Source: Somniosus microcephalus (Eukaryota). Taken from it: a DNA stretch of 64,000 nucleotides. Under the pieces are notes generated by a model. It saw only the letters and a program-made list of their open reading frames with translations. It searched no databases and had not been told where the DNA came from. The DNA lies in the NCBI GenBank assembly GCA_052327205.1, contig CM126222.1, forward strand, positions 47,306,001 through 47,370,000, given 5' to 3'. Below, in pieces: positions 26,309 through 38,919 of this stretch. Positions within the stretch are counted from its first letter, which is position 1. Each line of letters starts with the position of its first letter. The translations under genes were made by a program, and so were the position numbers.

Positions 26309-27156
26309 TAACACTTATCTGTCTTTGAGTAAAGCAAATTTTCTTTGTATGAGTTATTTTAGTATTTTAGTAATCAGTATTTTAACTAACTTCCATTTAT
26401 ATCCTCTGGTGTTACTTTCTTGGTGTACTTTGAAAAACAAATCGGTCTTCATTTACCTTATATTTATATCAGTTAGTATTTTAGATGCTTTAATGAGATC
26501 ACCCCTTACCTTTCCACTTTCTAGACCAATTGCTCTCAAACTGTTTGGGAACAGAGAGGGGCCAGGTCCAGATTTTCCAACTCCTGGTCTGTTGTTGCTG
26601 CCACCTACCCATCCCTCTCTATCCCTTACTCTCTCCTATTGGTTTTCCCCATAGTCTTGCAATGTTTTCCTTTTCAAGTATTTATCCAATTCCCTTTTGA
26701 AAGGTACTATTGAATCTGCTTCCACCACCCTTTCAGACTGTACATTCGAGATCACAACAACTCGCTGTGTAAAAACCTCTCTCTTCATCTCCTCGCTGGT
26801 TCTTTTGCCAATTATCTTAAATCTGTGTCCTCTGGTTACTGATCCTCCTGTTTGTGGAAACCGTTTCTCCCTGTCTACTGCATCAAAACCCTTCATAATT
26901 TTGAACACATTTATTAAATCATGCCTTAACCTTCTCTGCTCTGCTCTAAGAAGAACAATCCCAGCTTCTCTAGTCTCTCCACATAACTGAAATCCCTCAT
27001 CCCTGGTACCATTCTAATAAATCTCCTCTGCATCCTCTCCAAGGCCTTGACATCCTTCCCAAAGTATGGTGCCCAGAACTGAACACAATACCCCAGCTGG
27101 GGGCTAACCAATGGTTTATAAAGGTTTAGCATAATCTCCTTGCTTTTGTACTCTAT

Positions 27157-28484
27157 GGGCTGGATTTTGTCAATGGGGACGTGATGGAGGCGGGACTCCC
27201 ACTTTTTGGGTTGTAGTCCCGCCTCCATCGATTTGTGGCCAACCCACGCGATTTTCCCTTGATTGACCTTGTTGAGCTCAGCAGGCCAATTAAGGGACAC
27301 CCGGTTACAGGTGATGTCAGGGATTGACATTTCATCTGTCAAGAGCTTTTGACAGATGAAATATCAGCGTTTGACAGCTCTGTGAAGCTGTCAAACACTG
27401 ACAATCTGATTTCTAACTTGAGTCCTTCTCCACAGACTCAGTTAAAAATCTCTCCAAAACAGAAAGCAGAATGCTGCAACTTTTGACAGCTCGCAGCCAT
27501 TCTGCTTTCTGTGCCGGTGAGATGAGGGACTCCCGAGACCTGAAGGAAGGAAGCCTGCATTAGTAAGTAAAGGTAAGTAAAACTTATTTAAACACTTTGC
27601 ACACACCAAACACACTTACCTCTGCACTCATGCACCCATCACTCACCTGAATATCGGACATCTCGACCCCGCCAACCTTTTCAGACCGACAGTCCGCCTT
27701 GCTAACTTGGCGTGATTTGGAGCCGTCAGGAGGCCACACTTCAGGGCTAAAAATAGGGATTAGGCCAAAAACTGCCTGTTAACTACCGGTTAACAGGCAG
27801 TTAATTGGCACTAACAACAGAAAATGCTGGAAAAACTCAGCAGGCCAGGCAACATCCGTGGAGAAAAATTAGAGTCGATGTTTCGGGTCTAACCCTTTTT
27901 CAAAACTGGAAAGGAAATGAAATAGATTGAAAGGCAGGGCTGGGACAGAACAAAAGAAGTGAAGAGACATTAAGAGGTATTCAAAACGAGACGAGATGGT
28001 GATAGGACTAGTGGAGACAAAAGACGGCTCAGATTAGGTGTGAAATGTTCTGGCAGAATGAGAGACAGCTGCCATGTGGGAGAGAGAAAAAAAAGGAAAG
28101 GGGGGGGGGGGGGGGAAACCAAAACAAAGGGGTGGATAAAAAATATAAGTGAAAATGTAATAGGGGCCGAGGTTATGATCTGAAATTGTTGAACTCGATA
28201 TTGAGTCCGGAAGGCTGTAAAGTGCCTAATTGGAAGATGAGGTGCTGTTCCTCGAGTTTACACTGAGCTTCCGTGGAACAATGCAAGAGGCCAAGGACGG
28301 TGAGGTCCGGTTAATTGGCACTAATCCCCTTCCCGCCTCGGGGAGGCAGCTCCCAGCACAGGTCGGGTACCCGCCTCCTGGGAAACAGGCATGAAGGTGG
28401 GTTGGGGGCGGGAAGGGTTCGTGCCCCCCGATTCTGCAATTTTCCCCCCACACCCGCCTCCACGGGGCTTGGAAATTCGAGCCT
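27157..28484. mobile_element. Harbinger-type MITE (family B) inserted into CR1
   Basis: TIRs GGGCTGGATTTTG ... GAAATTCGAGCCT with TSD TAT/TAT. Homologous to 20557-21340 in the opposite orientation. Confidence 0.85.
27815..28309 (-). mobile_element. Penelope-like retroelement 3' fragment inserted into the MITE
   Basis: The minus strand encodes LGLLHCSTEAQCKLEEQHLIFQLGTLQPSGLNIEFNNFR (GIY-YIG C-terminus). Flanked by the perfect 15-bp direct repeat GTTAATTGGCACTAA (27800-27814, 28310-28324). Confidence 0.85.
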
Positions 28485-28959
28485 TATGCCTCTATTTATA
28501 AAGCCAAGGATCCCATATGTTTTTTTAACAGCCTTATCAACTTGTCTTGCCGTCTTCAAAGATTTGTGTATGTGAACATCACCCTGCCAAACCCCTGCCA
28601 ATCCCCTCCCCACACCCCCCCCCCCCCCGCCCCCTCCCCACCCTGGTTTCTCTGTTCCTGCACCCCTGTTAAAATTGTACCATTTAGTTTAGTTTATATA
28701 ACCTGAGTGTAGTCTGCAAGAGAAGTAAAGGTGGTATATGAGGACGTTAGAAATAGGAGTCTGGGGGTGGGAGTGAAGGGGGAGTGTTGAAAAGAGGATG
28801 GTGAGCTAGTACAGCAGAGACCATAACACAGAATAATAGCTAGTACAAAGAAGGGAGACATGGTCAATAACTGACAGAAATAAAAGCAACTTAGATTCAC
28901 GTGAGAGAATAAAATAGTGAAAGTAATTAGGAATTTGGGTGAAGAGACCAGAAGCAAAA

Positions 28960-29355
28960 ATAAAAACTTGAAATAAGAGTAAATGATCAACATGAAAAAC
29001 ATCCCATGGCTTTTCACAATGTTGGGTATCGATGTTGAGCCAGGAAGACAGAGATTAGATAAGGCAGAAACTTTGGCTGAAGCAGTGCGTTTTAGGACGA
29101 TTTTTAAAAGTGGAAAGAGAGGTGGAGAGGCAAAGAGGTTTAAGGAAAGAGTTCCAGAAAGTGTGACTTCTGTGACTGAAGGCTCTACCGCCAATAATGG
29201 GAGAACGGAGTGGGGTTTGAATGGAAAGCCAGAATCAGAAACACAGCTTGTAGAATGAGTTATAGGACTGAAGTCGTTTGCAGAGGTCGAGCAGGGCAAG
29301 GCAGTGGGGCAGGGGGTGGAGGGGTAGATAAGGATGAGGATTTTAAATTTATAAA
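28960..29355 (-). mobile_element. L2 LINE 3' fragment
   Basis: Parallel to 52120-52500 (gagaggtggagagg...gtttaaggaaagagttccag; gataaggatgaggattttaaa). Confidence 0.7.
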
Positions 29356-29479
29356 CCAGCATATTATTTTGCTAAATGATTGACCATACATGATTTACAA
29401 TCATGCCTGTTCGAAAATGCTGGAAAATGCACAAAATGTAATTAATTTAAAACAAAAAATGAGCAACATTTTCTGGTGG

Positions 29480-29830
29480 CCATGTCCCTTGGAATCCCCC
29501 AAAAAGTTCTAGAACCACCTTTCTGGATTGTGAATCTTAAACATCGCCAATCTTTCCTCATTACTCATCACCTGTGTAGTTAGGAGCAGTATTGTTGATT
29601 TTCACTCAACCCTTTCTAGGTTGATTTGACCAGTTGTATTGTAAAACCTCAGCATGACTTCCATAGGCTTATATTCTACGGTTCCGCCTCGATGTCCGAG
29701 CATTCTGTGAGCTTTTTTAACAGCATTTATCAACAGTAATTCAGTTGAATCTCTGAACCGCAATGTCATACCACGAATGAACATTAACAACTTTGCCCAA
29801 AGCCCCATTACATATTTATGTATTCCATGC
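29480..29830 (-). mobile_element. Old, decayed CR1 fragment
   Basis: Minus-strand AVKKAHRMLG...VEYKPMEVMLRFY matches the CR1 ORF2 motif VKKANRMLGFI..GIEYKS.EVML.LY. Confidence 0.6.
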
Positions 29831-30490
29831 TTAATAAAAATAATCATTCATTGTGGTAGTAATGCACATCTTTCATCAAATTAATTAGAAATTATTTTCC
29901 TTCCATTGATCTGGAAAGGCCTCCAGAAAAGTAAAAGCAGTTAAAAAAAAGACAAATTAAGAACACATGCTGCCTCTCCTAGAAATAACCTGGTCTTACA
30001 AAGTATTTCCCACCCAGACTCACAATTCCTTAATAGCTGCTTTATATATAAAGCAAGCAAGTACTTGATTAAACAAAAGATTGTGAAAATGTAAATATGC
30101 CCCCCCCCCCCGGTTATGTAACATTTTTATTGGAAGTTCCTGAAAATTATTTTCTTTGGTTTGTCATCACAAGTCTGGAATAATAGGATCAACTGGACCC
30201 TTTTTTTTTTTTAAAGAGCATCACCTGGTATGTGGCGTTATGATGGGAAGCAATGGGTCACAAAAGAAATGCGGTTTTGCCCTGGAATTTTTCTTTCCTT
30301 TCCCCAGTGGGGATTTACATTATCAAAGTGACACCACTCAAAACATAAAACCACCTAAGTCCCAGCTCAGATCACGATTGTGTGACGTGAATTAAAATCT
30401 TGTGTCAGTGCAGTATTTGAATCAGTAAAAACACAAAACAAAGATGAAGAAGAAAGCATGTCATCCGCTGCCACCTGCAGTATAGGACTA

Positions 30491-30813
30491 CAGGAAACTT
30501 TTTTTTATCTGGCACGGACGGGACCGACGTGGTGCCGGTTCATCAAAAATTCCAGATAACCGAAAGCTATAGTAAAAGATACGGAGCTGAGAGCTCCGTA
30601 TAAAGCAACAAACCCTGTTGCTTAGCAACAGGTTCAGAACAATGGCCACAAGTTGCAAGCGTCTCTGTAGCTTAGCAACAGCTGCAGCCACACCCTTGCA
30701 CAGCAACAGATGGAGGAAGGCAAGTAATAAAAGTTACCTGAACCTACTCCTGAATTTTGCCGGTTAACCGAGATTTCCGGTTATTTAGGTGCCGGTAAAT
30801 CGAAAGTTTCCTG
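30491..30813. mobile_element. Tigger/pogo-type MITE (Tc1/mariner)
   Basis: TIRs CAGGAAACTTT ... AAAGTTTCCTG with TA/TA TSD. Repeated subterminal ccggtt motifs. Confidence 0.85.
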
Positions 30814-30959
30814 TATTTTATATTTTAGAAATTGTATTTTTGTTTGCTCATCCAGGTGAGTGCTGGGGATGTGAACACTTTTCCACTTATGATACCTAGT
30901 GTCAGCATCAAGTATGCTGAGATCAGGTACAGCAAGGTCTAATGCAGAGTAATATTAGA

Positions 30960-31585
30960 AAAGAAAACTTGCATTTATATAGCCCTCTATGATGTTCTCA
31001 AGATTTCTCAAAAGTGCTTTGCAATCAATGAATTACAATTGAAATTGTTACAGTTAGGTAGGCAAACGGCAGCCAATTTGCACACAGCAAGATCCCATAA
31101 ATAGTAAATGAGAGAATGACCGGTTAATGTATTTTTTTTTGGTGCTGTCTGTTGAGGGAGGATATGTTGACCAGAAGAATTCTCTGCCCTTCTTCAAATA
31201 TCACTGTGTCATTTTTTTTTTACATTACCTGAACAGGTAGACAGGGCTTTGGTTTAACAAATCATTGGAAACACTGCCCTCTAATAATGCAGCAATTGCA
31301 CAGTACTGCACTGAAGTGGCTGTCTAGATTATGTGCTCAAGTTCTTGAATTTTGTTTGCTAACGCTCCTGTGAAGCGCCTTGGGACGTTTTACTATGCTA
31401 AAGGCGCTATACAAATGCAAGTTGTTGTTGATGTTGTTGAACCCACAACCTATTGACTCTGTGGCAAGAGAGAAAAGAAAGACTTGCATTTATATAGCGC
31501 CTTTCACGACCACCGGACGTCTCAAAGCGCTTTACAGTCAATGAAGTACTTTCGAAGTGGTTACCAAGTGAGGCAAAATGACACT
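30960..31585 (-). mobile_element. Deu-domain SINE (SacSINE1-like) with two short tail fragments inserted in its head
   Basis: gcagccaatttgcacacagcaagatccc and cagtactgcactgaagtg...ctagattatgtgctcaag. An L2-type tail lies on + at ~31350-31436 and a second SINE tail at ~31470-31559. Confidence 0.75.
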
Positions 31586-32379
31586 TAAAACATTTTTAAA
31601 AATTCTTTCCTAACAAAATTTAAAAATCTCCCAGTGATAGATTCAAAGTCTTATGGTTTGGTTTACAGGATTAAAAAAATTTTTTTTAAACACATTCTGG
31701 AAGCAAACACGAATGTCTTTGGGTCCCAGAAACAACTCAGAACTCTCACATGGAGAAAAAGTAGTTTGGAGCCTAGCAGGTTGAAATAATCTGTCAACAG
31801 GCTGAACTATTTTCCTAAATAGGTCTATTTAGGTCTAACCTAACTAATAAGAAACATTTTCAGCGTGAATTTAACTGGAATGTTGTGAGGACCTTTATTC
31901 TGATGTAAAGATGTAGATAAGAATGTTAGAGCTGCATGGCAGCAGTTCAATGCACCAGTCAGGAAAATGCTGATGAATACTTTTAAAGTCAGGCAAGGCT
32001 GGAACAGAAACAGACAATAATAGAAAGATGATGTGCAGAATGAAGGTAGTGTAACACAGGCAGTAGTTTGGAATATTTGCTGGTATTTCTTGCCAAGTAG
32101 CTAATGTCACTTTGCCAGTTGGAGGGAAGAGAGAGAGAGGGGGAAAGGAAGGGGGAGATGGGACTGATGTTTGCGCCAAGGCCAGAGGGTTATGTTTGAA
32201 GTGCTTTGCTGCTGACCCTGAAAACTGCAGCTGGAGTCAACAGCCAGGCTGGACCGTAATACTGCTAACTCGAGAATCAAAATGGGGAAAGCCTCACTGG
32301 AGCATTGCTGCACCTATGACAGCTTCAGCAGAAACTGGGGAAACAAAGGTTTTGTAAGGTAAAGTGTTACTTATGAAGG

Positions 32380-33100
32380 ATAGAACAATGTTACTGGGTC
32401 ATTTAACAAGTTTTGTAAAGTGGTATTGCAAAGGTTATATTTGCAAGGCTTGTATCTTTCAATATCAGTAAAGTGCATCATTCATGTGACAAACAGTAAA
32501 TTTTCTGCATTACACTGAACTGCCGTAGTGTTTAGGCTCCAGTGGAAACTACGGTAAAAAAACGACACTCCAAGTTTGAGATTACTGGTGAGTAATATCA
32601 TGGGAAATTGATACATTTGTCTAGAAATAACCTTCACTTATAAAGGCTTCAGATCAAAATGTCTTCAATCTCTGTTGCAAATACAAATGCAAGAACAACA
32701 AATTCAGATTTATATAAAAGAGGCCCTTGATCAAATAACGATCAGCTTGTTGTGTTTTTAGAAAGTGGCATTTTGTTTTTGAGGTCGCGGAGTTCCAACC
32801 TTGGAACAAGCAGATTGAGCTTGCAATTGTTGCAAGTCTTTGTGCTCACCAAGCAGTACAGGCCGTTCACCAGTGGTCAAAAGTGGAATTTTATAGGGAC
32901 TTCTCGTGTTTCAAGTGGAGTGCTTTAATGATATTAGTCAGCAACTGCTGTCACCACTGATACCCACTTCAAGAAGCCTGACCTATCAAAATCACGTGCA
33001 TCTGTAGATCAGTTTGAATAGATGTATATCCTAATGTGCGGTTTCAGAAAATGCACATGTAATACTTTAGCAAATCGCTTCTCCAATCTTTTACCAGCTC
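32380..33100 (+). pseudogene. Possible highly decayed BED-finger hAT transposase
   Basis: Frameshifted motifs appear in the order expected for hobo/Hermes/ZBED-like enzymes: KFCKV..VKC...GSSG...KRH, then YRPF (32857), then TAVTTD (32944). Confidence 0.3.
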
Positions 33101-34142
33101 ATTCTATTCATTGAAAAGCTCTTGCCATACGATAGCATTTTATTCTGGCTGCTGTGATGTTAGGTTCACCGTTCAGCTTTGATAATTTAATGTTATTTTT
33201 TAATTGCTTAAACTGTTATTGAGCTATTTTTTACATGCATGGCACCCTTGCCTATGTTAAATATCTGGTGTACACCAAAATGGATGGATCTTTTCTAAAG
33301 TTTTGTCTGTCAGGATAGAAGTAGAGCCTCCATACTATTCAAGGCCATCAGTAATTTTATTCTTTTAAGTTCAAAGCCAATGACATAGTTTTACCTTCAG
33401 CTGTTTTTGGTTACTAGAAATTTAGCAACAATGTGAAAGATCAAAAACCCATGTGCTTTTTGTTTAAGGAGTTTACTTTAGGAGCCTCAAGGAGCATAAC
33501 TTGGATGTTGGAATCCACTTGGTGATACAGAGCAATTCCTCTTATTGAAAAATGCAGATTTATTTAGCTTGTCATAAAATCAGTATCAGTATACCCACTA
33601 AACATCAACATTTTCAATGGAATCTGGATTTGACGGCACTTCTTTCTTGCACCTCCTAAACTTCTGCATTACTATAGGGCTGCAACAAGGAACACATTGT
33701 AAAAGCAGAATGTAGCATTCAGATAGGCCCGCAGGACAGGATACATTATCAATAGAAAGAAATTCCAAATAGAATAAATAGAGATGCTGTTATAAGAAAT
33801 TTATTTCATAGCAGATCACATAACTCAAACGACAAAGTCACAATCGCATTATGTGGGCTACTTCATAAATCGACCAAATGTAATATGCAACAACTTCCTA
33901 TGCAGTATTCTATTTATACAAGGCATGTGCTCCAGTTTCAAGTACTTTTGTTGAAATTTTTAATAAATTTGCCTTTATGTAGTGGAGCTTTAGTGATCTT
34001 TTTTCTTGAGTTTTATGAAGTTTGTCAGTTATTAGATGCGAGGTCTTGCGGTGCGAGGCACTTTGATTTTTTTAAATTCTGATTGCCGTTACCTGATGAG
34101 AAAGTAGTTCCAGTCAGGTTGTAATTTCACAAATGTAGAATA

Positions 34143-35336
34143 CAGGAATCCCTCCCCAACCGCGGGGGATACGTCCCTGAAAACCCCCGTGGTTGGTAAA
34201 ACCGCGGTTGGCAAATATAAGACCTTATGGGAAAAATGGGGTATGGGGGAACACGGCCGCATTTACACTCGTCAGAGCCTAAGTAAGTTGCTTTATTTCA
34301 AATAACACAATAAAAATGATCATCAATCGAGGGGGGTGAATGCGGAGAAGTGACATCGTGGCTGGTTGATACAACTGGGTCATCAACTGGGCGGTTTCTT
34401 AAAGAATTCTGTAATGGATGATTGACTCATTTTTTTCTGAATATCTTTCTGGACCTGCTTGTATGGTCTCATTAAATCCTCCAAACCTCGCTTGAATTTT
34501 AAACTACGCTCCAAGAATGGGTCCATCTCCATAAAGAAGTCAGAGAGATTAGTAGCAAGGAGCATTGCCTTGCTAAGGTTGGCACTTGTCATCTTTGACT
34601 TCTCCACCATATCCTCATCTTCGTCCTCTGCCTCAGCTCATCAAGGTCCTCCTCAGTCAACTCCTCGCCGTGCGACTCAAGGAGCTCCTCGATGTCATCA
34701 GGCTGTATGTCGGCCAGCCCCTCGCCTCCCAAACGTCGTGCAACCTTCACAATACGCTGAATTTCAGCGTCAACTATAGGGAAGCCTCGGAAGTCATTCA
34801 CTGCCTCCCTCCAAAGTTTACCCCAGCAGGCGTTGAGTGTCGTCTTCTTCAGTTCATCCATCGATTCTTTTATGTTGGTGATGCAGGCAGCGATGGTGTA
34901 ATCCTTCCAACAAGTTTTCACCGTCAGTCTTGCGTCATCCTCCATAGCCTCCATCATGCGGTCAAAGCTGCGTCGTATGTAGTATGCCTTGAAGGTGGCT
35001 ATCACACCTTGGTCCATGGGTTGAAGGAGTGAAGTCGTGTTGGGAGGCAGGAAGACTACTTCAATATTATGGGTAGCAACAAGACGACGTTCACACACAC
35101 ACACACACAGTATTTCCACAAGTGGAGCGAGACCACGCGTGGTCGTAAATATGCTGAAAAGAGTGGCGCGGATGAATGCAGTCTTGTGCTTGGAAGCGCG
35201 ACCCGTGAAACTTGAAAAGTAAAAACCGCGTATACGCAAAATTCACTGCCGCGGTCGGCAAAATTTGTCGCAGAGAGGAAACCATGTATACTTGAAATCC
35301 GTGTTTGGCAAAACCGTGGTTGGGGTGGGATTCCTG
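34143..35336 (-). mobile_element. Internally deleted Tigger (pogo/TIGD1-like) DNA transposon
   Basis: 23-bp TIRs CAGGAATCCCTCCCCAACCGCGG ... CCGTGGTTGGGGTGGGATTCCTG, TA on the left. ORF 34589-35239 contains VVFLPPNTTSLLQPMDQGVIATFKAYY...CWGKLW, and ORF 34383-34610 ends QSSITEFFKK. Confidence 0.93.
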
Positions 35337-35727
35337 TCATGTCAAACATATGGGAGCTAACAATTTATCACATGATGCTACTGGCCATATATGCTGCACA
35401 AAGTCTTCTTACTACTCCTTCAGCCAGGTTTTAGTGCTCAGTCCCAAGGTAATTTACCCATTACTAAACCAGTAAACAAAAGCAGAAAGCTGAAACTTCA
35501 GTAACCATTAGTAGTAGCATTATTAAAATGGTATTGCTTTTCGTTATGCTATGCCATGTTCATTAAATGGCAGGGCAGGCACCCTGTTCCCAGGCCTCTG
35601 CTAATGCTCTTCTACACAGCAACAACTGTCAGGTGCACAAGAAAGGTGAGCCTGGCTAAATCTGTAACTTGCTTGGTGGTTGATGTGGGGCATTGTTGGC
35701 AAAGGTAAGATTCCCCCCAGAGACTAA

Positions 35728-36527
35728 GGCCACGATTTCAACAGCGCTGAGAGGGCCGGTTTGGAGGCGGGTCAAGGGATAAAATTGTTTTGATTGACGG
35801 CGGGTTCCAATCCGGCGGGAAGAGGATTAGAGCTACTTACCTGCCTGTTAACAGGTACTTGATAGTAGTTGACAGGCTCTTTTTCAATTTTGCCACTTCT
35901 GCCTCAGGTTTCCCGATGTCCGGACACCACGCCAGGTAAGTGTGGCGTGTTGTGAGTCTGCTCTAATGTTTCTGGTTGATGACAGCTGCAGAAGTGGTGT
36001 GAAGGATCCAGTGGTGCACTGGTGAGTCTCAGAGGTAAGAAAATGTTGGGAAATTCATTTTTAATGCATTTACACATTTCTTTAGGGAACAAGTTTTGAA
36101 ATCCATGTCCAGTGACACCTCATTGGGAGAGCCTCTCATCAGTGACAGATCGCTTCTGTCACCTCACCTGCAGTTGCCATCTGTTCCAACCTATGGAGGG
36201 AGTCATTGGAGAGCCTGGGTGCAAGAGGTCACCTTTGTGCAGTGATTTTCAGTGTTTGCAGCACCTCAATGCTGTCAAACACTGAGAAATCAGCAGTCAA
36301 ACAAAAATTGTGCGTGGTCCCTTTAAGAAAACCGGCAGATGACGCGTCATGAAATGACATCATCTGACCGGCTTCCTCTTAATTGGCCAGCAAGCCCACA
36401 GGGCGGGCTTAACAAGGTCAATCAAAGTAAAACCACGTCCGTGGGCTGGATGCAGTTGGGGGCGGGACTGGAAGCCAGAAACCACCTGACCCATTCCCAA
36501 GCCACATCCACTAACATAATCACGGCC
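35728..36527. mobile_element. Harbinger-type MITE (family B, older copy)
   Basis: GGCCACGATTT ... AATCACGGCC with TSD TAA/TAA. Shares cttaacaaggtcaatcaa and cttaattggcc with 21180-21240. Confidence 0.75.
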
Positions 36528-37969
36528 TAAAACACGCAAATAAAAACCAAATGACAGAGATAAAAGGAAAAGGGTTAAGAAATCAAAGCATGGAACAAAG
36601 GAAAAAAGTCCGACACCATAGCAGATAAAACTGCATTCAAAGACAATGTAGGTAACATTTCCCATGGACTAGCAGATACACCACCATATTCAACAGGCAA
36701 GTTACATTATTCATATTTGTGTTGATGCCAACTGGAACACAAAACATGCTGGGCAAAACGATTATTTTACTTAGAATGTAAAACAGAACTTGGCAACATT
36801 ATGAACATTTAAAATTTAATAGAAATAGATGGGCATGAATGGCCAGTGTCATGGGTTAAATTGTCCATTATCTTCTCCCCACCACCTGATACTGATAGTC
36901 AAAAGAAATAAAATGTAATTATGCAGATTTTAATATACTATGCCACCTCAGTGGTGTTATCAGCAGCATGGATGAGACACATGTGTTTTTTTTATATATG
37001 GATTCAAAATTACATTGGCAGTGCTTCCAACAACATTGTGCTAATGGACTAACCTCATACTGTAGCTGCCCCAATTTAGAGGATAATTGCTTCAATGTGA
37101 ATTCTGCACATGTTCCACATTTCATAAGACCACCTTTGTGCTCCCACCCACTCTATTTTCATACAAAAAGCATCAGAGTATAATAATAATAAAAATATGG
37201 TATACAACATACAGTATTACCAGAGCTTTTTTGCTGTCCTGAATTTAAATGCAATGTCTGGACAAGTGCAGCAGGCATATTTGCAAATATGCAAGTTCCA
37301 AGCCAGTGAAGAGTTAGGTATTTTATAAAATCCCATTTCTTTCCTTAAGTCTTATTCTGTTCATGCACCTTCTCCAGCTAACAGGAAACTTGCTTCCAAG
37401 CCTCCATCAACGTTTGTTTATGCCACCCACCAAGAAGTGTGTGAAAGCAGCTCAATGACTCCCCTTCCAATTCCCCCTCTTTTCCTAATGGGAAGTTACT
37501 GGCCTCTGGTCAGAATTTCCCAACAGCCATATGACTGAGATCAGAAACTCAACGTGCAAAGAATCACAAGTATGAACCTGTGTCCTGCTTCTTTGTACCA
37601 CCTAGATGATTATATCTGGTGTAATAACCCAATACCACCCTCTTCATAGCTTTCTAACTGTTTGTTGTAGGAGCCTACCTCAAGTTCTCTATGAAGCTAT
37701 ACGGCCACAGCCATTAAGACTACAGTTTAAGAAAGACATTACAACTGCATACTCAGAAAGGAGCACCTCTTGCTAGCATTATCAAGTTATCAATTATTAA
37801 TTCATTGAGAGAGATGGGCCTTTTAAAGCACTGATAGGTGGGACAACAATATGTTAAACATTTATATTGATTACTGAAAATCTCCAAGAACCAACAGCTT
37901 AAAAAATTCAGAGTAACTGGAAAGAAAGGGTAGGTTTGCTATAGTACATATCTTTACATAAAAAACAAA

Positions 37970-38380
37970 CACACATTTATATAATCTCACTTATCATCTC
38001 ATGCAAAAACATCCTAAAACACCCAAATTACTTTGAAGTGCTTTGTTGTGTAGGTAAATGCGGCAGCCATTTTGCATACAGCAAGATTCCACAAACATGA
38101 ATGACCAGTTAATTTTATTTTTGGTGTTGATGGATGATGGTTGATGGAGGAATGTTGGACGGGACATTGGGAAAACACCTTCTTTGAATAGTGACCTGGG
38201 ATCTTTAATGTCCACTTGAATACAAACAGTATCTTGGTGTAACATTTCATCCAGAGGACTATGCAGCACTCCATGATCTGGAGTGTTAGCTTAGATTATG
38301 CGCTCAAGTCCGGGAATAAGGCTTGAACATTCTTACTCAGGAGGTGAAAGTATTATCAATTGAGCCAGAATGACACGCTC
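37970..38380 (-). mobile_element. Deu-domain SINE (SacSINE1-like)
   Basis: gcagccattttgcatacagcaagattcc, gggatctttaatgtccac and head tagattatgcgctcaagtcc...gcttgaac. Confidence 0.75.
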
Positions 38381-38919
38381 AAAAATTAATTTACATAGAG
38401 TATAAATGTGCAAGAGAAGCTATTCGTCCTAATGAGTCAAGAGGGAAGTTCTAACTTAAGATCTAACACTACTCTATTTAATTTTGACTTTACTGAAGGC
38501 CACACCTTGTCTTGTATCCTTTCTGTCGCAGCTAAAATTGAATGTCTTGAAGTAGCCTTCTGGTGAAGTGGGTGGCTCAATTTTCCTTCCTATGCTGCAC
38601 TTTAATTAGGATGACATTACTGTTATAAGTTACTTACCTTACTAAGACATGGATAGCAATGCATTGGTACTCAAAAGAAAGTTTGCAGCCTCTGGTACAT
38701 TCTAAATATGAGCAAAAACTCCAGAGGTGAAGGTTTTCTAAGAAGGTACATCTTAGATTGCATTTTCTTCTACAAGCCTCATACTAATTCAGTTCCGATC
38801 TACTAAGATTATTAATAGCAGTGGTAGGACATATGCTGGGTTAAAAAAAATACCTGGGACCCACCTAATATAATTCAATTATTCCAACAGAGCCAGAGGC
38901 ATGCCTAAAGCCGGATTAC

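Larger units (their letters stand above)
26625..28690 (-). mobile_element. CR1 LINE 3' portion, split by a Harbinger insertion (parts 26625-27156 and 28485-28690)
   Basis: ORFs 26636-26908 and 26926-27342 give EYKSKEIMLNLYK...YCVQFWAPY. The sequence resumes exactly after the insert (cttttgtactcTAT|...|TATgcctctatttataaagcc). Confidence 0.9.

Noticed and set aside
28694-29362. 222-aa ORF as a host gene
   Set aside because: An off-frame reading through a decayed L2 and pyrimidine-rich low-complexity DNA.
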